DNA from: Candidatus Latescibacterota bacterium
GTDB lineage: Bacteria; Latescibacterota; UBA2968; UBA8231
Reading direction: 5' to 3'
Assembly: GCA_965200315.1 (NCBI GenBank)
Contig: OZ241362.1
Span: 3,136,001-3,200,000 of the forward strand
Length of the DNA stretch: 64,000 bases
Positions 1 to 13,451 of the stretch are shown in pieces. A program made the translations under genes and the position numbers. How positions within the stretch are numbered: the stretch's first letter is position 1; each line of letters opens with the position of its first letter. The notes under the pieces are model-generated. The model was not told the DNA's origin. It saw nothing but the letters and a program-made list of their open reading frames with translations, and made no database searches.

Positions 1-2900
<2,900 letters not shown>

Positions 2901-2978
2901 TGTGGTCTCAACGTGCTATTAGAGAATTTTGTGCGGCGAAAACAGCCGGAGGGGGCATGTTCACGGTCGGGATGTCCG

Positions 2979-3015
2979 AAAAAAAGGGTCTGCGACGGCA
3001 TGTCGTAAACCCTTT
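2979..3015 (-). terminator. Rho-independent terminator downstream of tRNA-Ala
   Basis: Minus strand reads AAAGGGTTTACGAC-ATGCC-GTCGCAGACCCTTTTTTT, a hairpin followed by a U-tract. Confidence 0.7.
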
Positions 3016-3034
3016 ATTACCTGACAGCTTATCA

Positions 3035-3110
3035 TGGTGGAGCTGAGGGGAATCGAACCCCTGACCTCCTGAATGCCATTCAGGCGCTCTCCCAACTGAG
3101 CTACAGCCCC
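3035..3110 (-). tRNA. tRNA-Ala (anticodon GGC)
   Basis: Reverse complement GGGGCTGTAGCTCAGTTGGGAGAGCGCCTGAATGGCATTCAGGAGGTCAGGGGTTCGATTCCCCTCAGCTCCACCA: 76 nt, cloverleaf, TTCGA T-loop, encoded CCA, G3:U70 Ala identity pair. Confidence 0.98.
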
Positions 3111-3162
3111 ACAAGAGCAAAAAAGATAAGCAATCCCCCGCTACATCGTCAAGGAGTCGAGT

Positions 3163-3714
3163 TCAGCCGCCGTTGATCACAACGCCCATGTTGAGGTCGG
3201 TGGCTGTGTAGTAGTCGCGGTCGGAGAAACTGGGTCCTAGCGAAAAAAAGGCCACGCGCACTTGCACTTGCATTCCCGCGTCGAAGCCGTCGCCGGTCCT
3301 CAGCGTGAGCGTCCCTAGGATGTCATCGCCCTTTTTGGTTTCGGTGATGCTCGCGCCGCCGGTGCGCCACAGCCCTTCTTCCGTTAGCTCAATGCTGAGA
3401 GGCGGGGTGAGAAAGGGTGCCGTCGCGGCGAAAGAAGAGCCTTCAAAGGCCAAGGCATTGGCTGGCTCGATCTCTAAGCGCAGCTCAAACTGTTTGACGT
3501 TTACCATGCCTTGGGCCGCAAAGGTGAGGACGACTTCTTGACCGGGGCTGGTCGCCGTGAATTGGCCCTCCTCGATCCGAATGCTTTGCGCGTAGCGGCC
3601 GTCGAACTGGGCTGAGAGTGCTGGCGGATCGGCGTTGGGGCGTTGGGTCGAGTCCGTGCCACAGGAAGCGAACAACGCGGCGAGGAGGAGTAAGGTACAA
3701 TGGCGAATTTTCAT
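3163..3714 (-). CDS. Hypothetical lipoprotein
   Basis: Start re-assigned to MKIRHCTLLLLAALFASC (lipobox FASC). The longer ORF-track extension crosses a repeat element. Confidence 0.75.
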   Translation of the reverse strand: MKIRHCTLLLLAALFASCGTDSTQRPNADPPALSAQFDGRYAQSIRIEEGQFTATSPGQEVVLTFAAQGMVNVKQFELRLEIEPANALAFEGSSFAATAPFLTPPLSIELTEEGLWRTGGASITETKKGDDILGTLTLRTGDGFDAGMQVQVRVAFFSLGPSFSDRDYYTATDLNMGVVINGG

Positions 3715-3818
3715 GGGATACCTCAAATCGGCGGTCTTCGTTTGACAGTGTGCTAAGGGCAGCACTTGCTTCAAAGAGGTTGTTTGGGGATGATTAAGCA
3801 AGCATTTTATTCCGATTA

Positions 3819-3946
3819 GAAGCGTTCTTAAACCCTCCGGACGAGTGCTTTGCGGCGCGGCTGACGCCTTGGGGTCCTGTGTTTTTCGCGGGCGAGACGC
3901 CCTCGTGAGAGGATGGAGACCCAACCCGGAATGTTGAGAACGCTTC
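3819..3946. mobile_element. MITE-like element (GAAGC-type TIR, TTA target duplication)
   Basis: Ends GAAGCGTTCT / AGAACGCTTC form a perfect 10-bp IR that extends imperfectly to TCCGG/CCGGA. TTA lies on both sides. Internal 25-bp GTTTTTCGCGGGCGAGACGCCCTCG (3881-3905) is identical to 45922-45946. Confidence 0.65.
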
Positions 3947-4017
3947 TTAGAACGTAGAAAATGGGCTTGAGTCAACGGGCCGCGTGTTAGATGTTTAGGG
4001 GCGATGCCGAGAGCGAT

Positions 4018-4365
4018 ATGTTTTCTTACTTCGTATATCTGGTCTGCTGGATTTTTCTAATCTGCTTAGCCTATGCAGCCTGTGTGATCGTAGGGCGGCT
4101 GGTGGCTTTGCGCCGTCTGCGGCAGATCGCCTTCCGAGTACAGATGCTGGCCCACGGCCGCACCTTGCGGCTCGGCAGCCTGCTCAACGCCCACCCGCTG
4201 TTGTTGTTTTTCTCCGACCAACTCTCCGTCGAGCTCGATCGCGAGCTCGGTCACTTGGAGCGCCGCCACCGCATCCAAATTCCCTACCCCCAGTATCTGC
4301 CATTCGCGTCCGACCGGCTCAAGCTGCTGAGACGCCGCGTCGAGCGAATTGAGCACCGCCGCTAA
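4018..4365 (+). CDS. Hypothetical membrane protein
   Basis: N-terminal TM helix FSYFVYLVCWIFLICLAYAACVIV; convergent with the neighbouring gene with a 4-nt overlap. Confidence 0.6.
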   Translation: MFSYFVYLVCWIFLICLAYAACVIVGRLVALRRLRQIAFRVQMLAHGRTLRLGSLLNAHPLLLFFSDQLSVELDRELGHLERRHRIQIPYPQYLPFASDRLKLLRRRVERIEHRR

Positions 4366-4859
4366 GGCAAAGATGCTTTCAGTCTGAGCCACGCTTTGCC
4401 GCGCTGCATCTCCACTCGTATCGCGGCCCCGGCCCCAAAGTCCGCGAGGTGGGCATCGACATAGGCGTCGATGGCGGCTAAGGCGACCGAGAGCGCGAAG
4501 TAGAGCAGGCGACTGTTGCGGCGGGCGGTGCGGTCTTGGTGTTCCTCGGGCGTGGGCGCGGAGCGGATGCGGCGATGCTCGACCACAACCGAGGTAAGGG
4601 CCGCCGCGCTTGCCGCGCCGAAGAACAGCCCCTTGACGGGGCGGCCATTGTAGAACTGGCCCCAGCCGGGCAACACGGCCGAGCGCAGAAGCGCACCATG
4701 CACCGAAGGCAGGGTGGCGGCTTCAGCACTAAGGCCGGACCGTGCGGTGCGAGTCGAATCGGCCTCTGCTTCTGTGGCGTGGGCCGGTCGCCCCGCGAAC
4801 AGGACGAGGAGCAGGCTAGCCCAGCCGCATGTCAGTCGCAATCGGGTAGCCCCGCACAA
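4362..4859 (-). CDS. DUF5683-like membrane protein
   Basis: Motifs ALLRSAVLPGWGQFYN and AIDAYVDAHL. Confidence 0.75.
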   Translation of the reverse strand: MCGATRLRLTCGWASLLLVLFAGRPAHATEAEADSTRTARSGLSAEAATLPSVHGALLRSAVLPGWGQFYNGRPVKGLFFGAASAAALTSVVVEHRRIRSAPTPEEHQDRTARRNSRLLYFALSVALAAIDAYVDAHLADFGAGAAIRVEMQRGKAWLRLKASLP

Positions 4860-5745
4860 AGGCCGTTCCTTCCATGACAGCTTTGCCCGCTGGTTGTACT
4901 TGGGTCAGTTGTAGAGTGCCCTCGCCGCAGGCCACGGTTAAACCTCGACGGCCATCGGCGCAGAGTACGGTGCCGGGTGCGCCGCTGCCCTCAGCGTGCT
5001 GAGCCCGATGCACTTTAAGCGTTTTGCCCTGCCAGTGGGTATAGGCTCCGGGGACGGGATTCATGCTGCGGACGAGGTTGCGCACCCGCTCAGCCGGTTG
5101 GTGCCAGTCAATTTGGCCGTCCTTCTTGGTCAGCTTGGGGGCGCGACTGACGCCGTCCTTACCTTGGGGCCGTCCAGTGAGGCGGCCGTCTGCTAGTCCA
5201 TCGACAGTCTCCACGACCATCTTGGCACCCTCCACGCACAAGCGGGTTTCCAGCTCACCGGCCGTCTCGTCATGGCCGACGGCAAAGCGGCGCTGGAGCA
5301 AGATGTGCCCGGCGTCGATGCGCGGGCTGAGTTGGAAAGTGGTGATGCCAGTTTCCAACTCGCCATTGGCCACTGCCCAGATAATGGGAGCCGCGCCGCG
5401 GTAGGCTGGCAAAAGCGAAGGATGTAGGTTGATTGAGCCTAGGCGAGGAATGGCGAGTAGGTGCCGGGGGAGAATTGAAAAGGCGACGACGACAAAAAGG
5501 TCGGGCGTGTGCGCAGCTAGCGTTGAGGCTAGCGCGGGGTCGTTGACCGCGGCCGGTTGCAGAACTTCTAATTCTAATCCGAGCTTTAAGGCTTGTTCTT
5601 TGACGGGTGGGCTAGCGAGCTGGCGGCCCCGCCCTTGGGGCCGGTCAGGATTGGTGACGACGGCGATGATCTGGTGGTGGCTCTGGGCGAGGGCGTTTAA
5701 GGAAGGAACCGCAAAGCGCGGAGTTCCCATAAAAACGAGCCTCAC
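4816..5745 (-). CDS. fmt: Methionyl-tRNA formyltransferase
   Basis: VFMGTPRFA, VTNPDRPQGRG, INLHPSLLPAYRGAAPI. Confidence 0.96.
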   Translation of the reverse strand: MRLVFMGTPRFAVPSLNALAQSHHQIIAVVTNPDRPQGRGRQLASPPVKEQALKLGLELEVLQPAAVNDPALASTLAAHTPDLFVVVAFSILPRHLLAIPRLGSINLHPSLLPAYRGAAPIIWAVANGELETGITTFQLSPRIDAGHILLQRRFAVGHDETAGELETRLCVEGAKMVVETVDGLADGRLTGRPQGKDGVSRAPKLTKKDGQIDWHQPAERVRNLVRSMNPVPGAYTHWQGKTLKVHRAQHAEGSGAPGTVLCADGRRGLTVACGEGTLQLTQVQPAGKAVMEGTAFVRGYPIATDMRLG

Positions 5746-6086
5746 TACTTCCCCTTGTCGTCTTCTTTATTCTTTACCCGCGAAACAGCCGCCCGCGAGA
5801 CTTCGATCTTGACGTTGTCGGCGATTTTGACCACGAGGATGTCGTCTTTGATGTTGAGAATGGTGCCGTGGATCCCGCCACTGGTGACGATTTCATCGTT
5901 TTTTTCGAGTTCGTCGATCATCCGCTGTTGGTTCCTCTGCTTCTTCATCTGCGGCCGCAAGATCAAGAGGTAGAGAACCAGAAACATCAGCGCAAAGGGT
6001 AGGAGCGAGACGATGGGGTTGGGCTGTTGGCCGCCGTCGGAGGGTGCGCCGCCGAGGGCGTAAGCTGTGGAAATGAGATCGAACAC
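5745..6086 (-). CDS. yajC: Preprotein translocase subunit YajC
   Basis: YLLILRPQMKKQ, DEIVTSGGIHGTI, KIEVSRAAV. Confidence 0.95.
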   Translation of the reverse strand: MFDLISTAYALGGAPSDGGQQPNPIVSLLPFALMFLVLYLLILRPQMKKQRNQQRMIDELEKNDEIVTSGGIHGTILNIKDDILVVKIADNVKIEVSRAAVSRVKNKEDDKGK

Positions 6087-6188
6087 GGATCAGTTCCTTT
6101 CGGTAGAGTAAAAGCTCTAGAAAATTTAATAAAAATTCTCGTGCTGAGTAATACCGGCATAAGATAATCCGCAGATGGATGCAGAATC

Positions 6189-6218
6189 GTAGGGGCGAGC
6201 GGCCGGCCCTCGCCCTAC
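6189..6218. repeat. GTAG-type REP-like palindrome
   Basis: GTAGGGGCGAG-CGGCCGGCC-CTCGCCCTAC hairpin. It is preceded by AAGATAATCCGCAGATG (6161-6177), also present at 36531-36547. Confidence 0.6.
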
Positions 6219-6224
6219 TACTTT

Positions 6225-6254
6225 TTGACATTAAAGCACTTTTGCCATTAAGAT
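6225..6254 (+). promoter_or_regulatory. Putative sigma-70 promoter
   Basis: TTGACA (6225-6230), 18-bp spacer, TAAGAT (6249-6254), then AGGAGA RBS and ATG at 6288. Confidence 0.5.
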
Positions 6255-6287
6255 GGTGATAACGAGATTGAGACAGGAGAATTGGAC

Positions 6288-6851
6288 ATGAGCAGAAAAG
6301 GGCGCAAGGCGCGGCACCAAGGACTGAACAAGTATCAGCGAGCGGCTTTCCGCCAAGGCGAACTGCGCGTGGGGCGCGAAGAGATTCAAGAGATGTTGCA
6401 GATGTCGCGCAGTGCCGATCCAGAAGATCGCCTACAGTCGGCGTCCTTTTTGTGCCCCTGCCACGTGCGGCGGAGCATCGACGAGGTTTGGAAGGCGCTC
6501 TATCGGATGCTCGAAGACCAAGATACGCGGGTGCGCCGCGCTGCTTGGCACACGCTCGAAGACGGCGGCAAACCCGACGACCCCATGCTCGACGCGATCA
6601 TAGAACGAACCTTGGAGCGCGAGACTGACCGGCAAGTGCTCAATTTTGCGCGGCTGTTTTCCCAAGGGCGCGAAAAGCGCAAACAGGTCGAATTTGAGCT
6701 AGCGGCGGTTTCCGAATACGCCGAGCGCGGTAGATGCGATTTCTGCGGCGAGCAATCCGTGCCAGTCAAGAAGGATTTTGCAACCGAACTCGACGTGGGC
6801 GGCGTACGGCGATTCGCCCTAGTCTGTTCGCCTTGCGATCAAGCAGCCTGA
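6288..6851 (+). CDS. HEAT-repeat-like protein with CPCH motif and C-terminal CxxC...CxxC zinc ribbon
   Basis: MLEDQDTRVRRAAWHTL is HEAT-like; LCPCH; CDFC...CSPC; good RBS. Confidence 0.75.
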   Translation: MSRKGRKARHQGLNKYQRAAFRQGELRVGREEIQEMLQMSRSADPEDRLQSASFLCPCHVRRSIDEVWKALYRMLEDQDTRVRRAAWHTLEDGGKPDDPMLDAIIERTLERETDRQVLNFARLFSQGREKRKQVEFELAAVSEYAERGRCDFCGEQSVPVKKDFATELDVGGVRRFALVCSPCDQAA

Positions 6852-6861
6852 GCCAAGCCTT

Positions 6862-9125
<2,264 letters not shown>

Positions 9126-9129
9126 TGGC

Positions 9130-9801
9130 TCAAGGCGCGATTTGTTGCTTTAGTACCGCCCAGCTAAAGACGTTTGCCAAGGGCTTGCCGGCTCCACCGC
9201 AGTCGCCTGCCCCTGACAAGGCATCGTTTTCCCAGCGGATAATTTTCCACAGGTCGTCTTCTGGATCGAGGCGGAGCTTGTAATTCATAAACTGATCTAC
9301 GCGAAAGCCGTCGCCATTCTCGTCGAGCAAGAGCATCTGGACCCGGCCACGGAAGACCTCCCAATCTTCGTCCGGGTGGCCGTTGGGGTCTCCAGGAAAA
9401 TTTTCCGGGTAATCGGAGCCGAGTTCTTGAGAGCGGCGGGTAAGCTCAAAGTCGAAGTCGAAATCGCGATAAATGTCGAAAATACCCGGCTGTGAACCAT
9501 CGCGACTGCCGGTCATGATATCTAGTTCTTCGTCTAGGCCGTAATGGTAATCCACTTCTCCTAGGCAATCCCATTCAGTAAACAAAAAATTTTTATCGAG
9601 CAAGCTCTCGTAGAGATCCTTGTCGCGGGTGCGCATGGCGCGAGCGAGGTTGTCCATGAGTTGCTCGGGAGTCGTAGCCGGGGGGGCGGGCGGGGCGGGC
9701 GGCTCTATTTCAGTGGGTCGCTGTGTATCGGGCGCAAAGGGGTTGCTGCAAGAACTCAGGGTAAAGAGGCCACAAAAAGCCAAGAGAGTGAACAATTTCA
9801 C
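9130..9801 (-). CDS. Lipoprotein, NTF2-like fold (inferred)
   Basis: Lipobox LSSC then SNPFAP; WKIIRWE; C-terminus GKPLANVFSWAVLK. Confidence 0.75.
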   Translation of the reverse strand: MKLFTLLAFCGLFTLSSCSNPFAPDTQRPTEIEPPAPPAPPATTPEQLMDNLARAMRTRDKDLYESLLDKNFLFTEWDCLGEVDYHYGLDEELDIMTGSRDGSQPGIFDIYRDFDFDFELTRRSQELGSDYPENFPGDPNGHPDEDWEVFRGRVQMLLLDENGDGFRVDQFMNYKLRLDPEDDLWKIIRWENDALSGAGDCGGAGKPLANVFSWAVLKQQIAP

Positions 9802-9851
9802 GATCGTACTCCACTTTTGTTACAAGGTTAGTTGTGCTACTTAAAATATAA

Positions 9852-9878
9852 CCATTCTCCAGAAGTATAGGAGAATGG
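9852..9878. promoter_or_regulatory. Inverted repeat, putative operator or hairpin
   Basis: CCATTCTCC-N9-GGAGAATGG in an AT-rich intergenic gap, flanked by near-direct repeats ACAAGGTTAG (9822) and ACAAAGGTTAG (9889). Confidence 0.4.
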
Positions 9879-9955
9879 ACTACCGATAACAAAGGTTAGA
9901 CTTGAGTTTCGATACGGACTCTTGGAGGTGGTTATAAAAGAAACGGGCCGAGCGT

Positions 9956-10699
9956 TTATTGCGAAAAGTGCGCCCGTAGTTCTCCCCAAGAAAACTTCGC
10001 CGAAGCCCGATCGCGCTCGTCGATCCAAGCTGCGATTGACCACACCGGATTCTCCACCGTGGGCGTCACCAGTTCGATTGTGGCAAACCCACTAATGCCA
10101 ATTGTGGTGAACTTCGTTTCCACCGAGTCTGCTCCAACCGCGCTAATTACCTCGACGAATTCGGCTTCGTAGGGAAATCTGAAGGTCTCGCGCAGATCGT
10201 CGTCGGCCGGGATGCGCTCGTCCGACGATTTGTACCAGCGCACAAAATGTGCGCTGTGGATTCGCTCCGAGGAGAGAATGAGGCGGGCAAAGTTGCGCTC
10301 CTCAGCCACCCCCCAGACGGTATCGCGGTCAACAGCATACACTTCTGGATATAGCTGCACATCCTCGGGGTCGGGGATGAAAACAAAGTCGTCGGCAAAC
10401 TGATCCATGTACTGTTGAGGGCTGCGCTTTTCGTCGGCGCGAAAGATATCAGCGAGATTGGCCAGCACGGCTTCGGGGCGCGTGCGCTCGCGCAGGAAGA
10501 GTTGTGGCCCGCTGGGGCAGTCGGGGATCTGGGTTGATAGCGGGGTCTTAGGGTCGGGGCGCTCCTCGACCGCGTCAGCGCAATGGGGAAAGATCTCGAT
10601 ACTCGTGTCGGGCGCACAGCGACAATCCACTTGTTCGCTGTCGCCGATAGCGCAGCCAGCCAACAATGCCGCGAGTAGAAATGTTCGGAACGAGATCAT
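9956..10699 (-). CDS. Lipoprotein, NTF2-like paralogue of 9130-9801 (inferred)
   Basis: Start re-assigned to MISFRTFLLAALLAGC (lipobox LAGC); WSIAAWIDE; C-terminus FSWGELRAHF. Confidence 0.75.
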   Translation of the reverse strand: MISFRTFLLAALLAGCAIGDSEQVDCRCAPDTSIEIFPHCADAVEERPDPKTPLSTQIPDCPSGPQLFLRERTRPEAVLANLADIFRADEKRSPQQYMDQFADDFVFIPDPEDVQLYPEVYAVDRDTVWGVAEERNFARLILSSERIHSAHFVRWYKSSDERIPADDDLRETFRFPYEAEFVEVISAVGADSVETKFTTIGISGFATIELVTPTVENPVWSIAAWIDERDRASAKFSWGELRAHFSQ

Positions 10700-10707
10700 G
10701 GCACGGC

Positions 10708-11673
10708 TCAGTGGGTGACAAAAGGCACGGGAGCGAAACAGACGACAAAGACCAGCAGACAGAGATAACCGACGAAGTACCGGCAGCGGTCCAGCGCGAC
10801 AAAGGGATCGTAGGGGGCCGGGTGGTCCTTGCCAAAAAGCGCGAGGAAAAAGGCCAGTGCTAGCCACCCTGGCCATCCTTGGGGCCATTCCCATACTAGC
10901 GCTAGGACTCCATAAAGCCCCAAGGCCAGCAAAGCGACGTAGGCCGTGCGGGCGATCTGCCGATGCCGGGGGCCAAAGAGCGCGTACGCGATATGGCCCC
11001 CGTCGAGCTGGCCGATGGGGAAGAGATTAAAGGCTGTGATAAACAGCCCGACCCAACCGGCAAAAGCTACCGGGTCTAAGAGGACCATTTGGCCTGGCTC
11101 AATGGCGGGCAAGACGAGCGCGGCGATGCCGGAAAAGAGCAAAGGGGCCCCCAATTCAATGGGGGAGGAGTGAAAGTAATCGGCTGAGACTACGGCCGAG
11201 CGCGAAAGCCCGGCGAAGCAGGCCACGAGGGCGACGACAAAGCCCGCTAAGGGGCCGGCGGCCCCAATGTCGAGAAGGGCGCGCTTGTTGGGGATAGGGG
11301 AGCGAATTTTGATGACTGCGCCCAACGTGCCGAGGAAGGAAACATAGGGCAGGGGAAGAAAATAGGGCAGCGAGGCCCTGACTCCCCAGCGGCGCGCAGC
11401 AAAGTAATGGCCGAATTCGTGGACCGTGAGAATAAAGAGCAGAGTCGCGGCAAAAGGGAGGCCCTCGACGAGGTGGACCATGGCCGCGAGGCTGGTCAGC
11501 GGATCAATGCCTTGCTGCATGGCACCAGCGGTGGCAGTCGAAGCAATGGTACAGAAAAACAGCAGCAGGTGGACCCACAAGCGCGAGGAGTTGGTGCGCT
11601 GGACCGGGGGTGCGAGCGGAACTGGTGGGGCTGGCGGCACCACCGGCGACACTGTTTTGCGCCAGAAATTCAA
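10708..11673 (-). CDS. Site-2 protease (peptidase M50)
   Basis: HEFGH zinc motif, NLFPIGQLDGGH, AGPLAG, multiple TM helices. TTG start inferred from overlap with the upstream stop. Confidence 0.92.
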   Translation of the reverse strand: MNFWRKTVSPVVPPAPPVPLAPPVQRTNSSRLWVHLLLFFCTIASTATAGAMQQGIDPLTSLAAMVHLVEGLPFAATLLFILTVHEFGHYFAARRWGVRASLPYFLPLPYVSFLGTLGAVIKIRSPIPNKRALLDIGAAGPLAGFVVALVACFAGLSRSAVVSADYFHSSPIELGAPLLFSGIAALVLPAIEPGQMVLLDPVAFAGWVGLFITAFNLFPIGQLDGGHIAYALFGPRHRQIARTAYVALLALGLYGVLALVWEWPQGWPGWLALAFFLALFGKDHPAPYDPFVALDRCRYFVGYLCLLVFVVCFAPVPFVTH

Positions 11674-12527
11674 GGGGTTGCGCTTTCCAACTGGAGACTG
11701 AGCCAGTGCGCGTCGCCCAAACCCGAGCCAAAAGGCACATAGGCGTAGTCGATGACCCACTGCTTGGCCGCGAGACCTACTCCGGCTGAGAGGCTGCGGT
11801 TTTCAGTGGTCTGGTAGCCGGCCCGTAGGCGCAGGTGCTCGCCGGCCCGGTACTCGCCGCCCAGATGCAACGTGAGGTCATCGCCGCGCACCTTTTGCGC
11901 TTCTACAGCCACGAGCACGTCTGCGCGACCGATGTAGGCAGCACCGAAACGAGCTTCTAAAGGCAGGTCTGTCTCCCGTTGATCGAGGCGGTTCATGCGG
12001 CCCAAGTTGCGCACCGTAGCCCCCAACCGCAGGCCGGCTGAGATGTCGCGCATCAAGCCGAGGTCGGCAGCTAAGCCGCTGGCGTTTTGGGTGAAAATGG
12101 ACTGGTAGATGAATTTTAGCTGCAAGCCGAGGCGCGTCTGCTCCATCTGGCGGGCGTAGCCTAGGCCAACCGCTCCCTCGTACACTCCGAAGTGCCCCAG
12201 CGGCTCAGCCGAGGGGCCGGTGCGACGCTCTAAGCCATCGGTCTGCCAGAGTTGGGCGGAAAGCCCCCAAGTGCCGCGGCCGCGGGCCTGCGTTAGGTGC
12301 AAGTGGTTTTGGCGGATCTGCTGGATTGAGGCTTGGTGGTTAAAGGCGACGCTGCGTCCACGCGATTGCCGCGCTGCCGGGTTGAGGGCTTGGGCGGCAA
12401 ACAGGGCAGTCGCCGCGCCAGCCAAGCCCGCAGCGCGGGCCCCGCCGCCTTGGCGCAGCGCGGGTAGGCCGACGGCGGCGAGGGCCGTGGGCAGCGTTAA
12501 AAGCGCAATCAATAAGAGAGCCGTCAT
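11670..12527 (-). CDS. PorV/PorQ (UPF0164)-like outer-membrane beta-barrel
   Basis: Signal peptide, GGARAAGLAGA...NPAA, DLGL, LGATVRNLG, DYAYVPFGSGLGDAH. Confidence 0.75.
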   Translation of the reverse strand: MTALLLIALLTLPTALAAVGLPALRQGGGARAAGLAGAATALFAAQALNPAARQSRGRSVAFNHQASIQQIRQNHLHLTQARGRGTWGLSAQLWQTDGLERRTGPSAEPLGHFGVYEGAVGLGYARQMEQTRLGLQLKFIYQSIFTQNASGLAADLGLMRDISAGLRLGATVRNLGRMNRLDQRETDLPLEARFGAAYIGRADVLVAVEAQKVRGDDLTLHLGGEYRAGEHLRLRAGYQTTENRSLSAGVGLAAKQWVIDYAYVPFGSGLGDAHWLSLQLESATP

Positions 12528-12530
12528 TTG

Positions 12531-13451
12531 TCAGAACGCCAGCACCAGACCCACGGTTGTGCGGCCTCCAGCGCCGAGGGGATCGGATAAGTAAGCGTAT
12601 TGAAACTGCACGGTTTCGCGCCGCGCCGGGCGCAAGGTTAACCCCGCCGAGAGTTGGCCACTGTCTGCGGCCCCGAGGCGGTGCAGGCCGCCGCGCACCT
12701 CAAGCAGCGTATTTGGCTGCCACTCGGCCCCCAGATTGACGCTCTGCTCCCCGTCGTCGCGCACTTCGGCAGCCAACAGCAGGGTATCCAAAAGCCGCTG
12801 TGACGCGCCAAAGGCAAAGGTGCGCGGCAGGGCATTCTCGGTGGTATTCGATCGCTGATCGGCGTGGCGCACCTTCCAAGCGAGGTTGGTGCTGAGATTG
12901 GATATGCCAGCCCCGAGCCAAGTATGCTCGGCCGTGCGGAACTGTACCCCCAAGTCGAAGCCGCTGCCGTTGGCCGTGGCCTTGGGAGTTGCGGGAACAT
13001 CAATGCTCTGTCTGAGGACTTTAACGGCCAAACCAACCGCTAGGCGGGAGCCAAAGGAACGACCTATACCAAAGATAAAAGCATTGGCTCGGTCCTCGAT
13101 TGGCCCAGTGTACTGGCCGCTAGCGGTGCGGCCCTTGATCCCGCCGACTGCGGCATGTGACCAAGCAAAGCCAAAGCCCATGTCGCCGCGCACGTTGAGC
13201 GCGACAGCGGCACTGCTTTGCCGTCGTCCCAGCGAGAGCGATTGAATGGAGGTCTCTAGGGTCTTGCCGTGCAAGCGGGCGAGGCCGGCTGGATTCCAGT
13301 AGGGGGACGACGCATCGTCGGCCGCGGCGACAAAGGCTCCCATTCCTAGGCCGCGGGCACCCAACCCTGTTCTGAGAAAGGCGGCCGCGAAATCAGCCCC
13401 GTGTGCGGCGGAGGCCGCGAGCAATAGCGCGAAGAGCGTTTTCAATCTCAA
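12531..13451 (-). CDS. PorV/PorQ (UPF0164)-like outer-membrane beta-barrel
   Basis: AFLRTGLGARGLGMGAFVAAADDASSPYWNPAGLA, GFDLGVQF, QYAY...LG, terminal Phe. Start re-assigned to the TTG overlapping the upstream stop. Confidence 0.82.
   Translation of the reverse strand: MRLKTLFALLLAASAAHGADFAAAFLRTGLGARGLGMGAFVAAADDASSPYWNPAGLARLHGKTLETSIQSLSLGRRQSSAAVALNVRGDMGFGFAWSHAAVGGIKGRTASGQYTGPIEDRANAFIFGIGRSFGSRLAVGLAVKVLRQSIDVPATPKATANGSGFDLGVQFRTAEHTWLGAGISNLSTNLAWKVRHADQRSNTTENALPRTFAFGASQRLLDTLLLAAEVRDDGEQSVNLGAEWQPNTLLEVRGGLHRLGAADSGQLSAGLTLRPARRETVQFQYAYLSDPLGAGGRTTVGLVLAF

Noticed and set aside
3035-3110. tRNA as integration site of an island or prophage
   Set aside because: No integrase and no duplicated tRNA 3' end seen; mfd follows directly.
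2908-3120. 70-aa ORF from the track
   Set aside because: It overlaps tRNA-Ala and its terminator; spurious.
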